This document shows positions 24,796 through 32,979 of a DNA stretch of 32,979 nucleotides, piece by piece. The first letter of the stretch is position 1, and the number at the start of each line of letters is the position of its first letter. Origin of the DNA: Acidimicrobiia bacterium. Lineage in GTDB: Bacteria; Actinomycetota; Acidimicrobiia; Spongiisociales; JAHEDJ01. The DNA lies in assembly GCA_029210695.1 (NCBI GenBank), contig JARGFH010000042.1, positions 1 through 32,979 on the forward strand, given 5' to 3'. The notes beneath the pieces were generated by a model. It saw nothing but the letters and a program-made list of their open reading frames with translations. It was not told the origin of the DNA and ran no database searches. The translations under genes and the position numbers were made by a program.

Positions 24796-27075
24796 ATGTC
24801 TGTGTTGCCCAAGGGACGATCCTCGTTCCGAATCATGCTCGTACTCATCGTGGTCGGCGCCATGGTGCTGGCCGTATTACCGGCGAGTGCGGCACCGAAG
24901 GCCGATCGCAACCGATCATATGCAATCGAGGTGTTGTCGAGTCCGGCCGATCTCGTAAGCGGCGGCGATGCGCGCCTGTCGGTGCGGGTGCCTCCCGGCA
25001 ATCTCGATCGAGCGCGTATCCGCCTCAACGGTGAGGACGTCACCGACGACTTCCAGGTTGTACCCGGCACCTCGACTCTCGAAGGCGTGGTCGATGGCCT
25101 GGTGGTCGGCGAGAACCTAGTTCAGGTCCTGCCGAACTCGCGGGCCCGAGGCGCGGCGTCCTCGTTGACGCTCACCAACTATCCGATCTCGGGGCCGATG
25201 TTCTCGGGCCCTCAGCAGGAACCGTTTCTCTGCTCGGATGACGGCGATCGGGCCAATGCCGAACTCGGGCCTGCCATTGACGAGAACTGTGCGACTGAGA
25301 CCGTTGTGTCGTTCAAATACATGAAGACCGGAGGGGGTTGGGGTGATTACGACCCGGTGTCACCGCCCTCCGATGTGGCGACAACCACCACGATGGACGG
25401 CGAGACGGTCGACTACATCGTCCGCTGGGAGCGCGGAACCATCAACCGCTTCATCTACTCGATTGCCGTGCTTTCTCCCGAGGGTCAAGATGCAGAACCC
25501 GACCTCTCCGCCTGGAACGGCAAGCTGATCTACTACTTCCAGGGTGGCGTGGCCATCGGTCACTATCAGGGTGACCCCAGCGGGAGCCGGATGCTCTACG
25601 ACTACGGTCTCGGCAAGGGCTATGCCGTCGTCTACTCGACCGGGACGAAGACCGGCACGCACTACAACCTCGAACTGGGCGGCGAGACCGCCATCATGGT
25701 CAAGGACCGCTTCGTATCTGCCTACGCGAACCCCGTCTACACCGTTGGGGTCGGCGGGTCCGGCGGTGGAATCCAGCAGTACGTGTACGCCCAGAATCAT
25801 CCCGGCCTGATCGACGCGGCCATCCCCCAGTATTCGTATCCCGACATGGTCACGCAGACGATCCACGTCGGTGACTGTGAACTGTTGGAGCGGTGGATCG
25901 ACTTCGAATTGTTCTCCGGCGATGTCACCTGGGCCGATTGGGAGCATCGGAGCTGGCTCGAGGGCCTCAACGCCTCGAACTCTGTCTCCAATGGATTCAT
26001 TTCGGTAATGCCGCCGGGGTATCCCGCCGGCTCATCAGAGTGCATCGAGGGCTGGCGGGGGCTATCCCCGCTTGCGCTTAACCCGCACTTCGGGACGGCT
26101 CCGGGGATCTCACCATCGGATCAAGCATCGACCGAGTGGACCCATTTCGCCGACTTGATCAACATCTACGGCTACGCCGCCGATGACTACGCGGCCAGTA
26201 CCTGGGACAACGTGGGTGTGCAGTACGGGTTGCAGGCACTGGTCGACGGCAACATCACACCCGGCCAGTTCCTCGATCTCAACGCCAACGCCGGATCATG
26301 GAAGAACGAGCCCGAGATGGTGCAGGAAGGCTGCCCATTCATTGGTGCGCTTTGCTCCCTGGTCGATCCAACCGTCTCGCCACCGTTCCCGGGCGTCTGG
26401 CCGGATCAGATCGATGTGTGGTCGGCTCGCAACATGGCCTTGTCTCCGGACGGCGGGCTGACGCCGGCCCCTCGTAAAGAAGCGGATCCTGGCGCCATCG
26501 CCTCAGCCTTCTCGAGCGGGATGGTCAACGTTGGGGCCATTGAGATCCCGATGATCGACTGGCGTAACTATCTGGAGCGCGAGTTGAACATGCACAACTC
26601 GCACCAGTCGTTTGCCTCCCGGCAGCGTCTCTTGAATCACGACGGGGACGCCTCCAACCAGGTCATCTGGTTCACGGACGACGGCGTGTTCGATCAAACC
26701 CCGATGGCGTTCGAGGTGATCGACGAGTGGATGGCCAACATCGCGGCCGATCCGAAACGCCGGGTGGCGGTGAACAAACCGGCTGCGGCGGTGGACTCCT
26801 GCTTCGATTCGTCGGGCAATCTGATCTACGCAGGCGACGACGCCTGGTCGGGGATTCTCGACGGTGGTGCGCAGGGGACCTGCACTGCGCAGTTCCCCAT
26901 CTTTTCCACCTCGCGGATCGTGGCCGGCGCCCCGATTACCGGTGACGTGTTCAAATGCGAACTTCAGTCGATCGAATCGGCGATCGCTTCGGGTATCTAC
27001 GGATCGTGGACTCCCAACACCGCCGAGGTTGCCCAGCTGAACGCGATCTTCCCGACAGGGGTGTGCGACTACTAG
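24796..27075 (+). CDS. Secreted DUF6351-like (tannase-like alpha/beta hydrolase) protein
   Basis: Signal peptide; 'VLSSPADLVSGGDA', 'PMFSGPQQEPFLC', 'ERGTINRFIY', nucleophile motif GGSGG, 'WDNVGVQYGL', C-terminal 'IFPTGVCDY'. Confidence 0.8.
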   Translation: MSVLPKGRSSFRIMLVLIVVGAMVLAVLPASAAPKADRNRSYAIEVLSSPADLVSGGDARLSVRVPPGNLDRARIRLNGEDVTDDFQVVPGTSTLEGVVDGLVVGENLVQVLPNSRARGAASSLTLTNYPISGPMFSGPQQEPFLCSDDGDRANAELGPAIDENCATETVVSFKYMKTGGGWGDYDPVSPPSDVATTTTMDGETVDYIVRWERGTINRFIYSIAVLSPEGQDAEPDLSAWNGKLIYYFQGGVAIGHYQGDPSGSRMLYDYGLGKGYAVVYSTGTKTGTHYNLELGGETAIMVKDRFVSAYANPVYTVGVGGSGGGIQQYVYAQNHPGLIDAAIPQYSYPDMVTQTIHVGDCELLERWIDFELFSGDVTWADWEHRSWLEGLNASNSVSNGFISVMPPGYPAGSSECIEGWRGLSPLALNPHFGTAPGISPSDQASTEWTHFADLINIYGYAADDYAASTWDNVGVQYGLQALVDGNITPGQFLDLNANAGSWKNEPEMVQEGCPFIGALCSLVDPTVSPPFPGVWPDQIDVWSARNMALSPDGGLTPAPRKEADPGAIASAFSSGMVNVGAIEIPMIDWRNYLERELNMHNSHQSFASRQRLLNHDGDASNQVIWFTDDGVFDQTPMAFEVIDEWMANIAADPKRRVAVNKPAAAVDSCFDSSGNLIYAGDDAWSGILDGGAQGTCTAQFPIFSTSRIVAGAPITGDVFKCELQSIESAIASGIYGSWTPNTAEVAQLNAIFPTGVCDY

Positions 27076-27087
27076 GGAGGCTGGGAG

Positions 27088-27119
27088 AGGGGGTCGGTCG
27101 GGAAACCGACCGACCCCCT
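27088..27119 (+). terminator. Hairpin terminator (14-bp stem, GAAA loop, no U-tract)
   Basis: AGGGGGTCGGTCGG-GAAA-CCGACCGACCCCCT 12 nt after the stop. Confidence 0.78.
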
Positions 27120-27190
27120 GCGTTCCGGGTGGTCGACCACGGGTTCGTTTCTCCCGGAAGCCCTTGTCTGATCTGCCCTAGGATCGCCAC

Positions 27191-28207
27191 ATGAACCTCG
27201 GATTCGGATTACTCAGCGCTCAGTTACGACCCGGCGAGGCCGATTGGTCGGCCACCTACGACGAGACCGTCCGGGTGGCGGTCGAGGCCGAACGGCTCGG
27301 CTACTCCTCGGTGTGGACCACCGAACACCACTTCGTCGACGACGGCTACATGCCGTCGCTACTCGTGGTGAGCGCCGCCCTCGCCGCCGTCACCGAGACG
27401 ATCGAGATCGGGACGGGGGTCATCCTCGCTCCGCTTCACGACCCGATCCGCCTGGCGGAAGACGCCGCCACCGTCCAATTGCTCAGCCACGGGCGCCTGA
27501 TCCTCGGACTCGGGCTGGGCTGGAGTCAGGTCGAGTTCGAAGGACTGGGCGCCGATCTGCGGTTGCGGGGCCGAGCGATGGACGAGATCCTCGAGATTCT
27601 CCCCAAGGCCTGGACCGGCCAACCGTTCCGGCATTCAGGTTCGGTGTACACGCTGCCCGAGGTCGGAGTCCGTCCCGCCCCGTCCGTTTCGATCCCGATC
27701 GTGATTGGTGGGAATGCCGAACGGGCCGTCCGGCGGGCAGCCCGGCTGACTCAGGGTTTCTTCGCCAACTCGGCGCCAGATCGATTCGTTCAACAGGTTG
27801 AGTGGATCCTCGAAGAACTCGACCGGGCCGGTCGGGATCCCGACGAGTTTCGTTTTATTCACTACTCGATCCTCTATCCAGCCGACTCGGAGGAGCTGGG
27901 CTGGAACGAGATCGGGGAGCACGTCTGGGCGATGGAATGGAAATACGACGACATGGAAGCGTCCGCCTCCCGGATCGGGCTGCCTTCACCGCCGCCGAAA
28001 TTGCCCTCGGAGCACGAGAAGGAGTTCAGGCGGCGTTCTGCGTTCGTTGGACCCGCTGAACGAATCGTCGAGCAACTCCAATCGATCCGAGCTCGAGCCG
28101 GCGTCCCGGTGGAGTTCGTGGCCCGCTCGTACTTCCATACGCTCGATCATCAGCACCAGGTCGAGGTGATGCAGCGCCTGGCCGCAGAGGTCGGCCCACA
28201 CCTCTGA
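27191..28207 (+). CDS. LLM class flavin-dependent oxidoreductase
   Basis: 'AERLGYSSVWTTEHHF', 'PLHDPIRLAEDAA', 'GRLILGLGLGW', 'IGG...AVRRAAR'; TAGGAT 6 nt before ATG. Confidence 0.92.
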   Translation: MNLGFGLLSAQLRPGEADWSATYDETVRVAVEAERLGYSSVWTTEHHFVDDGYMPSLLVVSAALAAVTETIEIGTGVILAPLHDPIRLAEDAATVQLLSHGRLILGLGLGWSQVEFEGLGADLRLRGRAMDEILEILPKAWTGQPFRHSGSVYTLPEVGVRPAPSVSIPIVIGGNAERAVRRAARLTQGFFANSAPDRFVQQVEWILEELDRAGRDPDEFRFIHYSILYPADSEELGWNEIGEHVWAMEWKYDDMEASASRIGLPSPPPKLPSEHEKEFRRRSAFVGPAERIVEQLQSIRARAGVPVEFVARSYFHTLDHQHQVEVMQRLAAEVGPHL

Positions 28208-28229
28208 CCGGTGAGCTAGCGTCGAGTGC

Positions 28230-28948
28230 ATGATGTCAGTGCATCGTCTCGTTCGTTGGGCGCTCCTGCTGTCAGGTACCGGCATCTTGGTGCGTCTATC
28301 GAGGCGTTCGGGAGTCACTGATGACGAGTGCGCGACGCCTTTCCCGGCGACGGGCTCATCCCGAACCCGATGATCGAGTGGACCCGGGCGACGACGATCA
28401 GTGCCACACCCGAGCAGGTCTGGCCGTGGCTCGTGCAGATGGGCTACGGGCGTGGTGGTTGGTATACGAATGAGCGCTTCGATCGGATCGTCTGGCGCAT
28501 CGAGAACAAGAGTTCCGACGTGATACTTCCCGAGTGGCAGCACCTGAAAGCTGGAGACATCGTCCCCGACGGGCCCGGTTACGCGGCCCACTTCCGGGTG
28601 ATGGAGGTTCGAACCCATGAGGCAATCGTGTACCACTCGATCCGGCATCCGTATCGGGGTCAGACGCTCGATCCGTCCGATGAGAATGCGCTGGCGGTAC
28701 GTGAGCATGAGTTGATCGAGGGTGGCAACTATCTCGATTTCAGTTGGGTATTTGTGCTTCGCCAGCACGGATCGACGGCCACCCGGTTGTTGGTGCGGAC
28801 CCGCGCCAACTTCGAGCCGCCCTGGGCGCGGCCGGCCATGGTTCCGCTCGGGTTGGTTGATCTCTTCCATGTGAGCACCATGTTTCGAAACATCAGACGG
28901 AGGGCAGAGACACGCCCGGTGTCACAACCGGCGGACACGGGAAGCTAG
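28230..28948 (+). pseudogene. SRPBCC-like protein gene with an apparent 1-nt deletion at about 28328 (pseudogene or sequencing indel)
   Basis: Frame from ATG 28230 gives 'MMSVHRL...RRSGVTDDE' and stops at 28373; the -1 frame continues 'VRDAFPGDGLIPNP...TRATTISATPEQVWPWLVQMGYGRGGWY'. Confidence 0.7.
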
Positions 28949-28963
28949 GACACCTCCGTCTGG

Positions 28964-30304
28964 TCAGGATTCGACGGCCGGCGTCTGAGCGGCGAGCGCA
29001 AGGCGCGCCTGATCAAATCGCGCCCTGGTGATCCCATACCGGAGCAGCACCAGAGCTGCCGCTACCAGGAACAGTCCGGGAATGAGGCCCAATGCCAATC
29101 GCACTCCTATGACTCCGGACTCGGTCTGCACGTCGGCGGATCCGTCGTAGCCGAATACCTGGAGGAAGACTCCGAGCAGCAGGCCGCCGAACCCGAGTCC
29201 GAGTTGATGGATCGTCAGCCACAGGCCGAAGAACACCGACTCGTGCCGCTCCCCGTACGCGAACTCATACCAGTCGACGAGATCGGGAACCAGTGATCCG
29301 GGGATCAGCAGATAGGCGGACATCGAAGCACCCAGCACCGCGGACCCGACGACGAAGAGAACGGTCGAGTCGGCATCGACGATCAGGCCAACGATTAGGA
29401 GGACGACGGCGGCTATGAGGTTGGCCGCTAGCAGCAGGTGCCGCTTGTCGTATCGGTGGGTGAGGCGGGTCATCAGCGGGACGAGTAGCGCGCCGACGAT
29501 GGTGTAGGCCGCCACACTGATGGCGGCCAGGCCCGTGTTTCCCACGACGTGCTCCGCGAAGAACGGGAGGGAGGCGGCCAGCACACCGGTGGCGACGGCG
29601 CTGAGCAACTTGAACCACAAGAGGGTCGACACGTTCGGTTCCCGGGCGAGTGCCACATACCGCCGCAGCGGCACCCGGGTGATGTCGGAATCGTTCTTGG
29701 CTTCGAGTCCCTTGATGCTGGCGGCGGCGACGAAGATTGCGGTCGCGCAGAAGATGGCGAAGCCGATCGACATCCCGTGCAGTGCACTCTCTACTCCGTC
29801 TTCGTTGGAGACCAGCAGTGCAATGCCACCACCCGTGATGGTGCCGAACGACGAGAACATGGCTCGGAAACCGATCACCTGGGTGCGTTCGTCGTAGTCG
29901 ACGGTCATGATCGGCACCATCGCCATGTAGGGAACGGCTACGAGGGAGTACGTGGTGGCGAACAAGAGGAGGGCGGCTGTGGCCAGGACGAAGGTGACCG
30001 TTTGGGAGGCACCCAGCGGCAGCCACCAGAGGAGGGCGAAACTGACTGCGAAGGGGATGGCCCCATACAGGAGGTAGACGCGTTTGCGGCCGTGGCGGGA
30101 GCGGGTGCGGTCGCTCAATATACCGATCAGCGGGTCGTTGACGCCGTCCCACAGCTTCCCGATCAACACCACGGTGCCCGCCGCCGCCGCCGATAACCCC
30201 ACCACGTCGGTCAGATAGAAGAGGAAGAAGAACCCGAGGGCGAAGTAGGCGATCGAAAGCCCGAGGTCGCCGATGGCGTATCCGATCTTGGTTCGCCGCA
30301 ACAC
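28964..30304 (-). CDS. MFS glycoside-pentoside-hexuronide:cation symporter (MelB/UidB-like)
   Basis: 'KIGYAIGD', 'WDGVNDPLIGILSDRTRSRHGRKR', 'VPYMAM...DYDERT', 'PDLVDW...GERHESVFFG'. Confidence 0.92.
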   Translation of the reverse strand: MLRRTKIGYAIGDLGLSIAYFALGFFFLFYLTDVVGLSAAAAGTVVLIGKLWDGVNDPLIGILSDRTRSRHGRKRVYLLYGAIPFAVSFALLWWLPLGASQTVTFVLATAALLLFATTYSLVAVPYMAMVPIMTVDYDERTQVIGFRAMFSSFGTITGGGIALLVSNEDGVESALHGMSIGFAIFCATAIFVAAASIKGLEAKNDSDITRVPLRRYVALAREPNVSTLLWFKLLSAVATGVLAASLPFFAEHVVGNTGLAAISVAAYTIVGALLVPLMTRLTHRYDKRHLLLAANLIAAVVLLIVGLIVDADSTVLFVVGSAVLGASMSAYLLIPGSLVPDLVDWYEFAYGERHESVFFGLWLTIHQLGLGFGGLLLGVFLQVFGYDGSADVQTESGVIGVRLALGLIPGLFLVAAALVLLRYGITRARFDQARLALAAQTPAVES

Positions 30305-30400
30305 GTCTGCCTACTCCCAGTCGTGGGTACCGGCTCATTGTCGCTTCCTCCGGGTGGGACTTCCATCGGGGAGATCCCTGGTTCAAATCGGGGGTGTCGA

Positions 30401-30437
30401 ATAGAAGAGGAGCGGACCCCCGGGGGATCCGCTCCTC
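30401..30437 (-). terminator. Intrinsic terminator of the 30455-31801 gene
   Basis: GAGGAGCGGA/TCCGCTCCTC 10-bp stem plus inner C/G pairs, followed by TTCTAT on the minus strand. Confidence 0.75.
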
Positions 30438-30454
30438 AGATTGGCGCGATGCGG

Positions 30455-31801
30455 TTATGGACAGGGTGTGGCGAGAATGTGACCGCCCGGTGTTGCGAAG
30501 TCGGTGAACGCACAACCGAAGTCCGGTGCAGCTACAGCAGCCGCATTCAGCCAATCGTCTCCTGCCGGCTTCACTCCGTACTCCACCCAGGCAACCAGTT
30601 CGGCAAAGGCGGTGGCGAGTTCGGTTCCTGTGAAGCCGCAGTGGTTTACGCCCCGAATCGCCCGTTGGACCAGCAGGTCGCTGTTTCCGCGCGCCGCCAC
30701 TCGTTCGGCGTACACCACCTCGTTGTGCACCGGCACGAAGAGGTCACCGAGGTTGTGGAGCGTAAGTACCGGAATCGAGATGTCGCCCGAGATGACGGGC
30801 ACCTGGGCGAGGCCGTTCCTGTGTCGACCCTGAGGGTCGGCGGCGATTCGAAAGATCGAGTCGTTGAAGGCTTGCTCCGCTCCCGTCAGCGCCGGATCGG
30901 TATCGAACTGGTACACCACATCGGTGTTGTCGAGGCCGACGCCCGGACTGCGGGGCAACGTACCGTCACCGATGGCCAGGTCGAACAGGAAGTTGCCGGG
31001 TCCGCTCGCAAACGAAGGGAACGTGTTCCAGAAGAACCATGCCTCATCGAAGTTTGGTCGATCGCCACCCGAGCGCAGCTCGGTCAGGTTCTTGAGGTTC
31101 TGCCCGTCGGCGTTGAGCGCGAACGGCCATCCACCGGGAAACGCCTCGAGATTCGCCTTGATAGCCGGAACCGTTGCACCAAGGTACGCGAGCGGGTCGA
31201 CCGGATACGTAGATGTTCCAGTTCCGATCTGTTGCGCGGCCAGATTGAAGTCGAGGAAGTAGTCGAACAACTCGTAGTCGCCGAGCACTCCACAGAACGG
31301 CATGGCACCGTCGTAGGTATTCGGATATTGCTCGATCGCAACTGCGGTGACGTGACCACCCATTGAGGCTCCGGTGAGGTACACCTTGTCGGGATTGCCG
31401 ACTATCCCGTTGAACCGCTGGGTGAGAGCGTGGGTGTCCTGCACCCCGGTCGTGATGTCGTAGTCGTTGCGGCTGTAGCTCGACGATGCCCAGGCGTATC
31501 CGCTGGGGATCAGGAAGTCGCGCAACGGGTGGTTGTCGACCGTCAGTTCGAGGTCGGTCCCGCGGAACCCGTGCGCCCACACCACGAGATCCCCGTTCCA
31601 ATTGGCTGGGACTTCGATCCGGTATCCCGCCCCCTTGTGGACACCCCAGTAGGCGGTTGCCCCCGGTAGGGCGTCGAAGGGCAGCAGCGCCTCGTCGACG
31701 AAGTATTGCGGCTTCGGTCCGCCTCCGGCACCGGCTGAGGCCGCCGGTACGAGGGCGACGACCAGCATGGCCGCCAATGATGCAATCAGAGCCTTCTTCA
31801 T
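30455..31801 (-). CDS. Secreted alpha/beta-fold serine hydrolase (tannase/DUF6351-related)
   Basis: SD GGAGGAGG; signal peptide; 'YRIEVPANWNGDLVVWAHG', GASMGG, 'LHNLGDLFVP', 'NHCGF'. Confidence 0.85.
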   Translation of the reverse strand: MKKALIASLAAMLVVALVPAASAGAGGGPKPQYFVDEALLPFDALPGATAYWGVHKGAGYRIEVPANWNGDLVVWAHGFRGTDLELTVDNHPLRDFLIPSGYAWASSSYSRNDYDITTGVQDTHALTQRFNGIVGNPDKVYLTGASMGGHVTAVAIEQYPNTYDGAMPFCGVLGDYELFDYFLDFNLAAQQIGTGTSTYPVDPLAYLGATVPAIKANLEAFPGGWPFALNADGQNLKNLTELRSGGDRPNFDEAWFFWNTFPSFASGPGNFLFDLAIGDGTLPRSPGVGLDNTDVVYQFDTDPALTGAEQAFNDSIFRIAADPQGRHRNGLAQVPVISGDISIPVLTLHNLGDLFVPVHNEVVYAERVAARGNSDLLVQRAIRGVNHCGFTGTELATAFAELVAWVEYGVKPAGDDWLNAAAVAAPDFGCAFTDFATPGGHILATPCP

Positions 31802-31957
31802 GGTGGGTTCCTCCTCCCGCACAGCCGGTTGGGCCGACTGTGCTTCGAACCTAGTTGCAGCGGACTCGACGTGGCTGAGAGACCCGGATTTTCTTCCCCT
31901 CGTATGGTTGGGAGCTTCACTAGATTCGCTTTAGCCGTCGCGTGAGGGAGGACGACC

Positions 31958-32050
31958 ATGGTGCTCGTGACCTATGTCGAGAAGCCGACGCCGCGGCGAA
32001 GTCTGGAGGCATGGCGTATTTGCTACCAGCTGGTAACTTACGGAGTATGA
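31958..32050 (+). CDS. Candidate 30-aa small ORF MVLVTYVEKPTPRRSLEAWRICYQLVTYGV
   Basis: GGGAGG 6 nt before ATG; TAGATT at 31921-31926; stop overlaps the hemolysin III start (ATGA). Confidence 0.3.
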   Translation: MVLVTYVEKPTPRRSLEAWRICYQLVTYGV

Positions 32051-32706
32051 CCATCGAAGAAGCAGCCAAACCCGCTACTACCAAGCCGAAACTGCGCGGG
32101 TGGCTCCATGCGGTCATGTTTCCCGTTGCGGTGGTGGCCGGGATCGTGCTCCTGGTGGTCGCCGGGACGACCGAGGAACGGATCGCCTCCGCCGTGTTCG
32201 CGATCAGCGCCGCTCTCCTCTTCGGCACGAGCGCGCTGTTTCACCGCGGCAACTGGTCTCCGCGGACCCACAGCCTGCTCAGGCGCCTCGACCACTCGAA
32301 CATCTTCCTGATCATTGCCGGCACCTACACGCCCTTTGCGGTGCTGGCACTTCCTGAGAGCAAAGGGCGGGCTTTGCTCTGGATCGTATGGGCCGGTGCC
32401 CTGGCGGGGGTGGCCTTCAGGGTGTTGTGGGTGGGTGCCCCTCGCTGGCTGTATACGCCGGTATACGTTGCTCTGGGTTGGGTGGCCGTGTTCTACCTGC
32501 CCGACTTCGTGACGGGCGCCGGTGTCGCCGCGGTTGTGCTGATCATCACAGGTGGGGTGTTCTACAGCGTCGGAGCATTGATCTACGGCTTGAAACGTCC
32601 CAATCCGTCACCGCAGTGGTTCGGATTCCATGAGGTTTTCCATGCGCTGACGGTCGCCGCCTTCATCGTGCATTACATTGCGGTGTCGTTGGTCGTCTAC
32701 GCCTAG
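32047..32706 (+). CDS. Hemolysin III family (PAQR/TrhA) membrane protein
   Basis: 'KPKLRGWLH', 'SALFH', 'RLDHSNIFLIIAGTYTP', 'FGFHEVFH...H'; TAACTT 7 nt before ATG. Confidence 0.93.
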   Translation: MTIEEAAKPATTKPKLRGWLHAVMFPVAVVAGIVLLVVAGTTEERIASAVFAISAALLFGTSALFHRGNWSPRTHSLLRRLDHSNIFLIIAGTYTPFAVLALPESKGRALLWIVWAGALAGVAFRVLWVGAPRWLYTPVYVALGWVAVFYLPDFVTGAGVAAVVLIITGGVFYSVGALIYGLKRPNPSPQWFGFHEVFHALTVAAFIVHYIAVSLVVYA

Positions 32707-32903
32707 GTGGCTCTCGATCGGGGGACGCAGCCGTCTTGATCGCTTGCGAGCAGGCCGGTTCTTGAGTGGCTTCGAACAGGCTGTGGTAGTGCCTATGAGG
32801 ATCGTTATGGGCGGCACACGGTGGGGCTGGCAAGCACAGACCTTGACCTTCAGGGGCTTTGCAGTGGTCTATGAAGTGCGGGGTTCGTGTCGCCGTTGGC
32901 GGC

Positions 32904-32979
32904 TGTCAACACCGCCTGAAAATTGACCCCCTGGCACCGGTTGAAAATTGACCCCCCGGGCCGGGTTTTGGTCACTCTG
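32904..32979. mobile_element. Terminus of an IS21-family insertion sequence (runs off the window)
   Basis: Begins TGTCAAC; two direct repeats TGAAAATTGACCCCC at 32917-32931 and 32942-32956, typical of IS21 IstA-binding repeats. Confidence 0.8.

Noticed and set aside
28310..28345. Programmed ribosomal frameshift
   Set aside because: No X_XXY_YYZ slippery heptamer or obvious stimulator at the junction; a simple indel is more parsimonious
29265..30554. Long alternative-frame and antisense ORFs (also 3717-4814, 12911-14125, 30323-31366, 583-1431)
   Set aside because: Arg/Pro/Gly-rich shadow ORFs expected from high-GC codon bias within real genes
32678..32926. 82-aa ORF after hemolysin III
   Set aside because: Overlaps the preceding gene and the IS end; no SD and atypical composition

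Overview
High-GC, densely coded chromosomal window from an Actinomycetota-type bacterium, probably Acidimicrobiia (inferred from gene content, many leaderless starts and T/P-rich lipoproteins). About 27 CDS: DoxX, typA/bipA, Zn-dependent ADH, two MFS transporters, a DEAD-box helicase, hrpB, an LppM-like lipoprotein, an Nfu_N+HEAT protein, a cupredoxin-like lipoprotein coupled to a His-motif membrane protein, a secreted lipoprotein/Ig-like pair, a VOC protein, a large Asp-box surface protein, an M20 amidohydrolase, fadI-fadJ, two secreted alpha/beta hydrolases, an LLM oxidoreductase, a frameshifted SRPBCC-like gene and hemolysin III. The window ends in an IS21-family terminus. Main non-coding signals: a minus-strand 6C-like sRNA with extra structure and its own terminator (12041-12168), two families of dispersed REP/MITE-like palindromes, a heptamer tandem repeat, candidate ECF (SigH/SigR-type) and sigma-28-type promoters, and a 30-aa sORF coupled to hemolysin III. 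No CRISPR array, tRNA or rRNA was seen. All family assignments come from motif recognition by eye; no database search was run.
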